Source: Fimbriosthenelais zetlandica
Lineage: Eukaryota
Assembly (NCBI GenBank): GCA_977030845.1
Contig: OZ365116.1
Coordinates: 16,430,001 to 16,494,000, forward strand
Reading direction: 5' to 3'
Length of the DNA: 64,000 nucleotides
The notes beneath the pieces were generated by a model. It saw only the letters and a list, made by a program, of their open reading frames with translations, was not told where the DNA came from and did not search any database. The position numbers and the translations under genes are program-made. Position 1 is the first letter of the stretch, and each line of letters starts with the position of its first letter. Positions 24,831-36,000 of the stretch are shown one piece after another.

Positions 24831-26088
24831 GCTGCTAAGATTTTTTATATGAGTAGCATATGAAAATTGACCATTGCTTCAGGCTTGTCTAGTACTTCTC
24901 AAATAGCAACAGTCATATATACATATGTGTAAGGAGAGCTTGTATCCCTCGCTGACCCTGCCTATTGTTTAACATTGGGCCTTGTATTATGTAAGCCACC
25001 AGCCGCGGGCCATGTGAGGGTGGTACCAGGGCAGGCAGTGGGTTTTGTTAAGCCCTCTATCTCATGTCATTACCAATTAATATAAACCCTGGCATTCTCT
25101 ACTGGGCCTCAGATATCTAGACAATAGTGTTGTCTGGTAGAGGCTGCACAGAGAATGGTGTATCTATTTAATGTGGGCCCTGCCAAAATAGACATAATAC
25201 ACACTGAGGTTTACTTTCTATATTTACTCCCACTCCCACTCCTGCTCATATTCTGAGCTTCTCTATTGCTTACCCAAACTTATTCACTCATTCGCGCAAA
25301 ACAAACATATATAAGTTTATGTGGAATAACAAAAGCAAACAAGCAGAGTGCCCTGTGTAGCAGCAGGGAGGAGTAGCCATCCCTCCGTGTCAGTAGGTCT
25401 GGTCCAGGCCACATTAAGCCACCCCCCTGAGACTCACCCTGAGACTGGCGACGGATCGACAAATATACCGCTCTCCACATTTAAACGCCACTCACTGGTC
25501 ACAGCTAGGTCAGCCCGCCATGCTTACTTTGACTCCATTGCTTCTACTATAAACAAAACGATTACATTTCAAATGATGTTTCATCTCTTTGGGTCATACT
25601 CTAGGCCATGTTTCTGATGATTTTCATCTTCAAAACCTCAAAATTCTTTGAGGTTTTCTTGTGGTTATAATGTATCCGGAGAATGTCTTTGAAACAAATG
25701 TTCTGATCTATTCGCTGACTATGCAGTTACCTTTCTACACTCAACTATAAAGGGAAATCTTGAATGGCAAATTCGTGACATTGTCTAAGTTACACTTGTG
25801 TGGCATGATTTGTATTTTTAAGTGTGAATGACTCTGTGACTTGAATCATTAATGTGGTAAATGTTCTAATGACATTAAACCATCATCATCTCTCTCCCCT
25901 CAAATCTCAACTTGATGCTACTATAAATTCATATAACCATTGACGACCATCAATTCACTAATTAATTGACTTAATTCGATGAACACTTAGTGAAATCCTC
26001 TGGGAATATTCTCCTAGTACTCGTCACCGCCCATGTCTGTGCTTTGCCACAGCCGCCTCACACCCCTAGCAAATTTATATCTTTGAGC

Positions 26089-26105
26089 CATAGATCCACT
26101 AAGGT
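26089..26105 (+). repeat. Same short dispersed family, copy 4 (partial)
   Basis: catagatccactaaggt, 16/17 identical to copy 5. Confidence 0.55.
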
Positions 26106-29100
26106 GCGTGGACTCCCTTAATAATTTCTAAAGACGCACATTTAGAGGAGTCTTAAGCTTGTTTAGAGGCCATGACTGCTGGAGACAGACAACCAAACGC
26201 CACAAGTCAACTCCAAAATTAGTCTATTTTTTGTCAAGCTTGTCTTAGATATGCACATAGACTGGGGTCTTGTGAGCATCTTACCAATGGGTGCAGGCTC
26301 TTTACTTTAGATAAAGAATCAGATTGAGTAGAAAAAGCTTGGAGTTAATGGCTATTATCGCCTCGTAGACCAGTCATGATATACGGCCATCTCGTGCCGC
26401 CACTTAACGCCTTTATCTCATATCAGTTTTATACCACTGCGCCGCCGCCACCGCCGCGCTCCCCTCACCCGCACCCCGTGATCTGCATACCTTACCACTC
26501 CCTCATTTGTTTACATCGCTTGTTGTCTCGGATATAAATGCTTTTTGTATGCATGTGGCTTTTCCTCTTGTCTCTCGCCTGAAATTAAAATTGATCGTTT
26601 TTCGCGGGCCCGCCGGGGCTTGGTGTATTGCTCAGTGAAGTAGCACTACTGTTTTAAACTTTGAATATATTTTGTTGGCTGCCTAGTGGCTTTTGCTTCC
26701 TCAATACCCATTCACTTACTTGCTATATAGCAGGTTTTATTTAAATATACCAGATGCATTGTTGTGAACAAGATCTACCATGACCGAAAATATTTATTAA
26801 AACTATTCTTATTTTTGGTCACCCTTAGTCTACCCTGCTCTGCATATTCAAACTCGTCTAACTCAACATTTGGTCAGCAGGATACTGCTCTAAGGGAAAG
26901 GAAAAATGGAATATGTGACCTTAAATAAAATATCCACGAGATGGTGGATGAGGAGAGGAGATAATAGAAGGAGTCAAAGGACTCTTCCTCCAATGAAGAC
27001 TTAGAAGCTAGTTATAACATTTGCAGGTGCAATTTTTTCATCCAACCACCAAATAGTGAGGCAGTCTCAGCTATACATGTCCCCCTGGCCTCAACCCCCA
27101 CACCAGATAGGAGCAGACAAGTTTAGAGCTGATAAGGCTTATCTGTGTGTGGGCCAGTGCCAACATAACACCTGTCTCCCCTACAGCCACACACCATACG
27201 CCACATATGTACAACTGGTGTTCCTTGTTGATAGCATTGCCAGCTACAACCTGCAACGTAAGCTGTTAACGTTACTTCACCAGGCCCCCTGTACCGAGAA
27301 TCTATAATTAAAGAAAATATTATGAAAAATGAACCGAGCAGGTTCAGAAGATGTCCTTAATCGCACCTGATAGAAAGATGTTTTCATCATTATGATAAAA
27401 AGTCATGAGTGTCCTTACCAACTCAAATATGGTATTGGCATATGTCATGTCAGAGATATCGAACAGAAATTCTAACACAATGGTGAGTCGATAAAAATCA
27501 TACTTTACATGACGCCCACTGTCACAAATACATGCGCTCCTAATGAAGTATGCTTACTTATAGAATTCTGCATGCTTTAATAAAAAGCCTACTATTTAAT
27601 TCCCAGCCACTGATTGAAATCTGAGAATAATCAAGGACTCATCCAGCGGAATGAAGGACTCACCAGCCAGTTGTTGGCATGTATATTGAATAATGAGCTG
27701 GTTGTCTATTGACTGCTTCCCCGCTCGCTCCCATCCCTCCCCTATGCTGGTCCCAGATGGGACGTTCTCACGTTTTTAAGCTAGACTCGACGTGTGGCAG
27801 AGGTTTCATAGTCATCTAACTTATGCTTCTCTAATCAATCATAAGTTCTGGTAGAGTGGTGATGTCTAGGTTCTGAAGCTCTAAGTGTAATAATTGCAGC
27901 TTTCAGACTGACATAATTAGGTAACAGCATGCTATATTATGCCTGCAATTACTGTTTAAGCTTTCCCTGATAAATGGAGGGTACATGGGTTTCAGTACAA
28001 ACCCTGAAGTTGACTTGAGGGTTTCTATAAGAACGGGTTGCATTTGAATATGTTGAGGCACAGTACATCGTGCATGTCCATACATTGAAGGGCTGAGTGT
28101 AAACCCGGGTGGTAAAGCACACAGATTAATCAATTCTCACAATTATAGATTCACGACCCCCATACCCGCCTCACTCCCTCAATCGTAACAAGTGCCAACC
28201 CCAGATAGCCTCCCTCAATCCGTGATTGAGCTGGGGTTCCTTTTATTTATAGGCCAGGTTAAGGGTTCAGCGGAGAAAGGGATTGTCTAGGGGTCGGAGG
28301 GGTTGAAGGGAAAAATAAGGCCCTATAGCCTTTGACCAATCTAAGGGCCATGCCCCTCTCTACATGCCCCTAAGGCTCTTTCCCCTGATCATTGCAGGGC
28401 ACTTTGGCCTGCAATGAGTGATTGATTTCAGGACACAATAAACAGGGGGATATGAAGCGAGCCACTCAGCCTTCCGGCGGCGAGCTGGGAATATTCATCG
28501 CCAGCATGTTTACATGTTCCAGAGCATGTAACAGTCATGTAGCACGGGCTGCCAGGCTTATCAGGGTCAGGGCTACAGGGGCACGGGGCACACAAAAAAC
28601 ATAACATCTATACCAGGGAAAGCATTCATCATGACTATCAGCTAGTGCTGGCTACAATAGCGACAACTCAATACCACAGCCAGCGTCGCCAAGTCTAGCT
28701 CCTACGTCCTTACCACAACCTATAAGATGGCATATATATTATTTAGGTATGATAGACCAAGAAAAATAGCATCATGATACAGCATCTTCAGGAAATCTAG
28801 ATCTATTTGATGTATAGATCTACGTTGTTTAAGTCCTGATAATTAATTACAGTGAAAGTAGCCTGTAAGTCAGGGTAGACGTGTGCCTGTAGTTTAATTC
28901 TGGTCTGTAAGACTATAGAGGAGTAATTGTGTATAAGCATGGGGCGTTGATATCAGTATGATAGATAAGTCTCAGCTCATTCACTACACGCCTGTCTCAC
29001 TGAGAGGAAGAAACCATACATCACCTTCACAAGGCTTTGATATCACACCTTCACACTCACCCTCCTACTCTTAACCCTTACTCTACACTCTTTGCCCTAT

Positions 29101-29412
29101 TTCTCTGGAATTTTATAGCATCTGTTGCTCACAAGGCAGCTTAGACCTGCAATATATCTCTTTCCAGTTGGTGGATTTGTTTGGGTACTACATGCTATTC
29201 ACAGTTCCACATGGAAGTCGAAGTCTCTTTTAAATTACCAAATTTGCTCTCACAGAATTATGTTACTGACATTACATTTGGTAAAAGGGTTAACAACTAC
29301 AAAAAAGGTTAGAAAAGAGTTGAAACATTCTTAAAGTTGGAAGTTCCTCAAAATGTTCGCTGGAATTCAGAATGAGGTTGATTCCGGGCTTTGAGCCTCC
29401 TAAATGATGCCC

Positions 29413-29502
29413 TGACTCAGAGAGGTAGCTCTGTTACCATGGTAACGTCACGAAGTTCTCGTCGTGTCACACTCCAATGCCATGTTCCATGAAGTGACGT
29501 CA
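29413..29502. promoter_or_regulatory. Perfect X-box plus CRE, AP-1 and CCAAT motifs
   Basis: TGACTCA 29413-29419, palindromic GTTACCATGGTAAC 29433-29446, CCAAT at about 29474, and TGACGTCA 29495-29502. Confidence 0.5.
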
Positions 29503-31084
29503 TGATTGAGAACGTCAGGTACAGTAGTGAGGTATGTGGGCTATCCTCACCTATTATTTAGCTGGAGAATGAGAAACAGCCAGGTCACTACCGTAGACTG
29601 ATACACTACAGTTACAGCCCACATTACCTGAAATATACATGCTGGAAACAGGATTTTAGGTATTTCTGATATTGGGATTGTACAACAATAATATTCGGTC
29701 CTCACTTTTTCCCCTGCTCATTGTCGTTGCGGGCCCTATTTTAGTATTGTAGCCCGTGGCAGAATAATAAGTTCTCATCGCATGCTTTAAGCGATGTCAA
29801 TTAAACTGGATCCCTCTCGCAACAATAACGTCAACGTCAATTAACTTGACTCCAAAAATACAAAATAGAAATGTTCCATTTTTAAACGCTCATCGGCGTT
29901 CAACATGGATTTACAGCTCAAGGCGGGATGTCTGAGATAATCTTACAGTTTGAGGTGTACTATGAAATATCATTCATCAGGTTATTTATTCATTTATTCA
30001 AGCAAAATAATCCCCACTCGGTGCATCGTTAAGCTTTGGCTCTGCTGAACTATGTCTTTTAAAACATAAGTTTTTACTATAAATAAGACATCTCAGGGAT
30101 GTTTACCTTACCTCAAGGTCTTTCTGTACAAACAGAAACAAAATGATCTAGATTTTAATTTGGCTCAGATGTTGTCATACTCCTAGAGTTGCATGTACAT
30201 AAAATGTACTTTCAAAAGTGAAGTATTAGGCAGTACTACAATTTCTCTTTCAGTAATCTGAACAACATATTTGAAGTATTCACATATTTGGATATGAAGA
30301 TTAATTCGAAAGTGTTTGTTGGCATTTTATGACTTTTTCTTTTGGTATCTCAGTTGACTAAACTTGTGCGGGAAGTCTTCTTACAAATATACGCAAAATA
30401 AACACCTAGGGGAAGGTCATGGCCATGTTTGTAAGATCGATATGCCAAAGATCTTTTAATAAATTATATTTAAAATGATTTGTGATCCTTTAGAGTAGAA
30501 AATGAACTTCCTCCACAAAGGCCTCCGGTTCACTAAGACCATGACTGACCTAGTTAGTTCCCGATGTCTCCACTAAGAATCGCTTGTCGTTTGTTCCAAA
30601 CAGCTACAATAGCTTTTCACCATTCAATAAAACCCCATCCCATCAGCCGGCCACTTTTTTCAAATTCCACTCGAGATGCAGAGATAAAAAGCCACTTCAT
30701 AGTTTTACCGGTTTTTAGCGGGCGGACGTGATGGCGCTTAGCGGGCTTGATTTTATTAGTTGTCTAAAGAATTGATTAGTGACATTTGGACACATTCTAT
30801 TACCATTTCTCTTTGATGTTCCCATATAATGTCGTCGCTTTTTACTCTGTAAATTGGATATGCTATTTTTTCCCCTACTGATGACTGTAAGGGTCCCGAG
30901 GTCCACCTCACTTGGACATGATTTAAAGCCTGAGGTCCACTCCACCGTTTTCCTGACGGATCGACTGACGTATGACCGATGTATGTCAAGAAGTGATTCA
31001 GTGGACATTAGCTTTCAGGCTCTCCATCCAATGAAGTCTTCTTTTAAGACACTGTTATAAGGGCACCTTCACTATGTGAAATGG

Positions 31085-31335
31085 CTTGCGAGTGTTCTGA
31101 GCATATATTCGCATGGGGAAGCCTTGCGAATACTTGTGAATTAGGGGTGAATGTTCGCTACAAAAACCAGACAATTTTAATATTGTATGCGACTACTTTC
31201 GATGTACCAATGACATTCACAAGCTCTTCTCAAGCGTTCTCAAAGTGGGGGAGAGATAAGAGAGTGCTTGCAAACATTCAAATATAAAATCATGATTGCA
31301 AGCCATTCGCTAGGCTTTACAAGGCGCTTGTGAAT
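31085..31335. repeat. Cluster of CTTGYGAAT / ATTCRCAAG motifs in both orientations
   Basis: Copies at 31085, 31107 (rc), 31123, 31133, 31215 (rc), 31267, 31305 (rc) and 31327. Confidence 0.55.
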
Positions 31336-32042
31336 GAAGGGCTCCCTACGCAGAAACCTGCCGTGAGATTAATCTCAGAGACTTCTAAGCTTTTAGAATC
31401 ACAGTGGATCTAAGGCCTACGATCTGACAGAAACATAGACTTCCGGTGCTGACAATGCCACCGTGGATTAGTCTTCATGCTGAGTGAGATTTGGAAGCAG
31501 TGTGTTGCCTTGGGGAGAAAACAAGCAGGCGAGAGATTAAGTCAAGAAAATGGCCGCTTGGAGGTACATGCACACCCAAAGGGCAGTCATAAATCGCCTG
31601 GAAAAAATACTTTCTTCTCTGTAAATCTGACTCACAACTTGTCCTTTACATTTCTTTCTATATTATGCTCATATTTTTGTTTCCACTGACATCAGAAGAA
31701 TGTAGGCTATTACTGTGTTTGTTTAGTATGAGTGCTGACTTAAGGGCATCATCCACGATCATTTGCCAGAATCAAACCAATTTAATTCTGCAAAAATTAA
31801 TAGAGAGGGGGCCAGTATAATATTTTTATATTTGCTCATACTTTTGCCGAATACTTTTTAAATTATTTGTCATTTTCTTTGGATCTACCCCATTCTGCAT
31901 GAATGGCTGTCCCCTCTTCCCTCTGTGACATCATTTTCTTCCAGCACCCACCTCAAAATGATGAAACTTTTATCCTAATCTGTCCATGTGAACACGTTTA
32001 ATCCCACTTTTTAATCTCTGCCTTTATTCTGTTTTTTTTCAG

Positions 32043-32179
32043 CCACGGTGTTTGGTGGTTTGTTTCTTCGCACGCCTCCCGAGCCACAACCATCATCACC
32101 CAAGTTACACCACCAAATGGACGAGAGAAAGAAAACAGCCTTTGTCTATCACTTCCTGACTAATGAATACGACGAGTAA
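32043..32179 (+). CDS. OCRL: Terminal coding exon of the OCRL/INPP5B-family 5-phosphatase
   Basis: Strong polypyrimidine acceptor. The phase-1 reading gives (A)TVFGGLFLRTPPEPQPSSPKLHHQMDERKKTAFVYHFLTNEYDE with stop TAA at 32177-32179. It resembles the recalled human OCRL end (ATLFTSLLLRPPP...QFLLGFLLGSEED) and INPP5B end (ASIFGSLLLRNP...EKKKAQEFIHQFLCNPL). Confidence 0.92.
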
Positions 32180-33010
32180 AATAATTCCATCTGAAAGTGC
32201 TGTGTAGAAGCCATGTGATGCTTAGTCAATCTCCTAATTGATTAACTATATCTCGCAAAATAGTAAGGAAATAGAATATACTAATTAAAGTAAGATATGG
32301 CACGTGTAAAACGGACCAACAGGAGCCAAGAATGAAGTGAACATGAGTGCTAATAGACCAATGACACTGGCAGATAAACACACCATCAGAAATTCTTCTT
32401 GGAAACTACCGAATCAAATCCCGAAACGTCCTATAGTATCACTCTCTGACTGTCTGACCCAGAAAAACAAACAACGTCTTGGCACTTTGTTCAGCATAAC
32501 AATATCAAATATATATTCTACTGGCGAACTGTCCAGTCGCACCCAACACATAAACTCACTGCAGCTTCGAGGACTGTATAGACCTCTTACTATCCCCCAC
32601 CAACTAGTCATCCAAAGCTATCTTCTAATTATTAATTTGATTTTTATATGATGTAAATTTATTTTAAAATCACTTTAATTCTATCTACACTATTATATTA
32701 ATTTTACAGGACATACTAACCAAGACCATACTAACCATTAAATGGCTTGATTAAATGTGCATTCCTAACTGTAATATATTTTTTTCAGCTTTTGTAGGAC
32801 TACAGGTTTTAGTCTATCAATGGTTAATATCAGGTATGAAAATATATGTTTTTGATCTATAGATTTTGATTAAGTTGAAGTTATACTAATAGTTACTTAA
32901 TATTCCTTTCGACAGTTATGTTGCATTTACTTCTAGTTTTTAAGATTTCTATATTTTATTGCAATTTCTCAGTGAATTGTCCAGTATTTTACTGGTATTA
33001 TTCTGAGATA
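32180..33010 (+). other. Putative 3' UTR of the OCRL-like gene (end undefined)
   Basis: Follows the stop codon and becomes very AT/T-rich at about 32630-33010. ATTAAA variants occur at 32284-32289 and 32737-32742; the first AATAAA I found is at 34448-34453. The cleavage site cannot be fixed from sequence. Confidence 0.35.
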
Positions 33011-36000
33011 AATGGTCCTATACTTACCCCACTATGAGATCACAAGCATTAGGTATAAAAACAAGGCATACACCTAGAAAAAGAGCCCTATCATTACCAC
33101 ACTCCCACTCCCTCCCCTTTTTGTACCCCATACGCAGAAGCATCATTTTATTGCCTCTTTATTCTTGACATTAGGACCTTAATCTGTTGTTTAAATTTCA
33201 CTTACCGCGACTAGGTCAGACCCTACTTTTCTGCCTAATTCCAGTCCTACTATTAAATGTGATCTACATATGTCTGTGTTATAAACAGAAAAGTGGTCTA
33301 ACAGCCTTAAATGGCGGAGAGCTACTATATGATGAAACATTGAAGGAACCTAAAGGTGTCAGCTTTATATGGCTTTATATGATAGGTGACTAACTTTTCT
33401 TTAGAGCATGAGATAGACAATGTGGTCAAAGGGGTTATGACATCTGCTTTTGACAACCCGAGGTTTGAACCACGTACTGTGGGAAACCTTCCTGGTGCTT
33501 GCTCTAACTGAGCTATCTCCCCTCCCCCTAGGAAGAACCGCTGAAGCCAATGTCCACTTCTTCAGCTATCTTTTAGGACACTTTTTAGTTTTGTCGTTAG
33601 CTCTTGAGATATTCGTTGAAATAAGGGATGTAGGAGTTGGGTATGAAGTGTGAGTGTAAACGCAGCCTATCTGTCCTGCTATTTCAGTCAATATATGCAG
33701 TATGAATGGTGTAAGGTTTGTACTCGGCCTGCCATACCGCCTGGCTTTACCAGATTATTATATAAAATCATAGAATGATTTGTATGCAGTAGAGGGCTAC
33801 ACCGTCTGAGCCTCATCACTGGTGTGTAGTCCCTTTGACACGACAATGTGACCGCTCACATAACATTACTGTTACCCACACTCCCCATCCCCACACTAAA
33901 GCTACTGAACAACTCACCTCACTGCGGCGTTCACAGACCCCTTAATGCCCCAATACAGACATAACAAAGATGACCTATACCCCTCCTCTCTCATCTTAGT
34001 TTTTACTTGGATTTTCAACCTGAACAAAAGTCTATTAAGATGATTAAGGTTGAACATATTACCAATGGATCCCGGCCATAAGGCCCTTACCGCTGAGAAA
34101 TGGCCCTTATTTCAGTATGCCACACACAAGGCCCTCTGGCCAGAGGTCACTGGGATGTTTATGCCCTAAACACATAACAGATAAAACCAATGGTCATCAT
34201 CGACTGGTCGCCACAAATTGGTTTTTTGCGTCGTGCAAGGGGTGGAACTCTTAGTTGAATATAAAATATGTCTGGGGTGATAATGATGTTTTTGCTTTCA
34301 CAAAAGTGTCTGTTTTAGGAACATCTTTACGTTCCTTTAGACCTGTAGGACCTGAGGTTAATGGTCATAAACAGCTAGATTATTCGGCTGTGTGATGCAA
34401 AACCCCTCACAAAAATGACATGTCTGGTATTTGTCCTTATTGGAGGAAATAAATCCACCAGCTCGAAAACCTTGCCTAAGCTATGAAGAAACACAAACAA
34501 AAATTAACTTACAAAATACTGGGGTTAGCTGGTGATAAAAATACAGATCAGGATGTTTAACTGGTAGAAATGTTTACGTTTACATTTAATAATGTGAAAT
34601 AATGTCAATTTGAACATAATTGTAAACATATTTGCTTCTCGCTTTTCTGCTAGACTTCTCTAGCGGTCTTGTCGGACCGCCATTTAAACCTAGGCTGTTA
34701 TGCACAGCCCTGGTTTGCAGTATTTCAGTCTTAATATTGAAGTGTGTGTTTAATTTTTGACCATTTTTTACATGTAATAGAATGGTCCATGTCCGTAATC
34801 AAATACTTAATTGAAAGTTTAATATGAAAGCCGTGTAACACCTGATACACAGTATTGTATTTACTATGTTAGGCTATGGGTCGATGAGAGTCATTGGAAC
34901 TCTATGGATCCTGTTCCAGCTTAATGCGGCATGATATGTTAATTTTAGCTAACTATTAATATCACAGGCGCTGTATCTTTGAATTCACTGTGTTCAATAA
35001 TATTTTTCAGTATTTTAGAAATGTTATAAAAAGCACATTCCAATCCTTGCTAATCCCCAATTTCTCTGAAATAAGATAGTGTATTGAGAAATTTGCTTTA
35101 CAGTCCCCTTTTAGCGCAATGGAGAATGCTATAGTTTAACCATAACGCGTAATTTATTGACGAATTAGGTAATTACTATTCAAGTGATAAATCCATATTG
35201 TGTGTGATCCATTCAAATCATTTGTTGAAATCTGCTGTCACGTCATCGTGTCAAATAAAAATATTTTAATCAAATGCTGGTTACTATTCCATGTTATGAT
35301 TATTTTTAAAGATTTCCACTTTTATTTGATTACCCTTTTGTTCATGTACAGAAATGATTTTACTTTCAGTTCGTCCATATACCTTAGGTCAGGAATGAAA
35401 AAAAATAGAAAGAAAACATATCTTAGAAAGGTAAATTGTTCTCATCATTTGTTATAGGTCTAAGAGTTCTATTCGTTAATTTGTTAAACCTAGTACTATA
35501 AGAACGTTTGTTTAATTGTTCATTTATTGGCTCATATATTTACCCAATTGTCCTCCATGGATTTATGGAGTAGGAGTATCAACATCCCCCGTCTCTCCAG
35601 TCTCAGACTGAAATAAGAAGTGATGAAATTTGAAACCACATGAGGCAAAGTAAAACCAACTCTTTGGGGATAAAACCAAACCAATTTACTACCAACACTC
35701 CATCTCTCCTTCCTGTTTCCGTCACTCCTCCTCTTCCCCTCCCCCATCCTCCCCTCCCTCCCCCTCCCCCTCCATACCTATCCTGAAATCAGGGAGAGGG
35801 AAGCACTGAGGAACAACAGCTGTTTACCCTACCACCTTGTTACCCAACTCCTCCTATCATTTGGCTGGGAGGAGGAATCGCCGTCCACGTCGCGAGCTGC
35901 TCTATCCATCTAGCCACCATCACTGTGAGCTGGTCGGGCACCGACTGAAGGTGGGCACAGTACTCCAGGCCTCCCTCCTCCTCCTCCTCCTCCAACCAAC

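Larger units (their letters stand above)
523..32042 (+). other. OCRL: Last intron of the OCRL/INPP5B-like gene (31,520 nt, GT-AG, phase 1)
   Basis: Begins GTGAGT at 523 and ends tttaatctctgcctttattctgttttttttcAG at 32042. Joining G(522) to CC(32043-32044) gives an Ala codon and keeps the OCRL-like frame. I found no closer exon encoding the expected A-x-x-F-G-x-L-x-L-R motif. Confidence 0.85.

Noticed and set aside
25632-25657. Perfect 11-bp hairpin aaaacctcaaa/tttgaggtttt
   Set aside because: A/T-rich and roughly within chance expectation for 64 kb, with no supporting context.
27340-27540. Kinase-like minus-strand reading (YRLTIVLEFLF...)
   Set aside because: No HRD/DFG or other kinase motifs and no clean exon boundaries.
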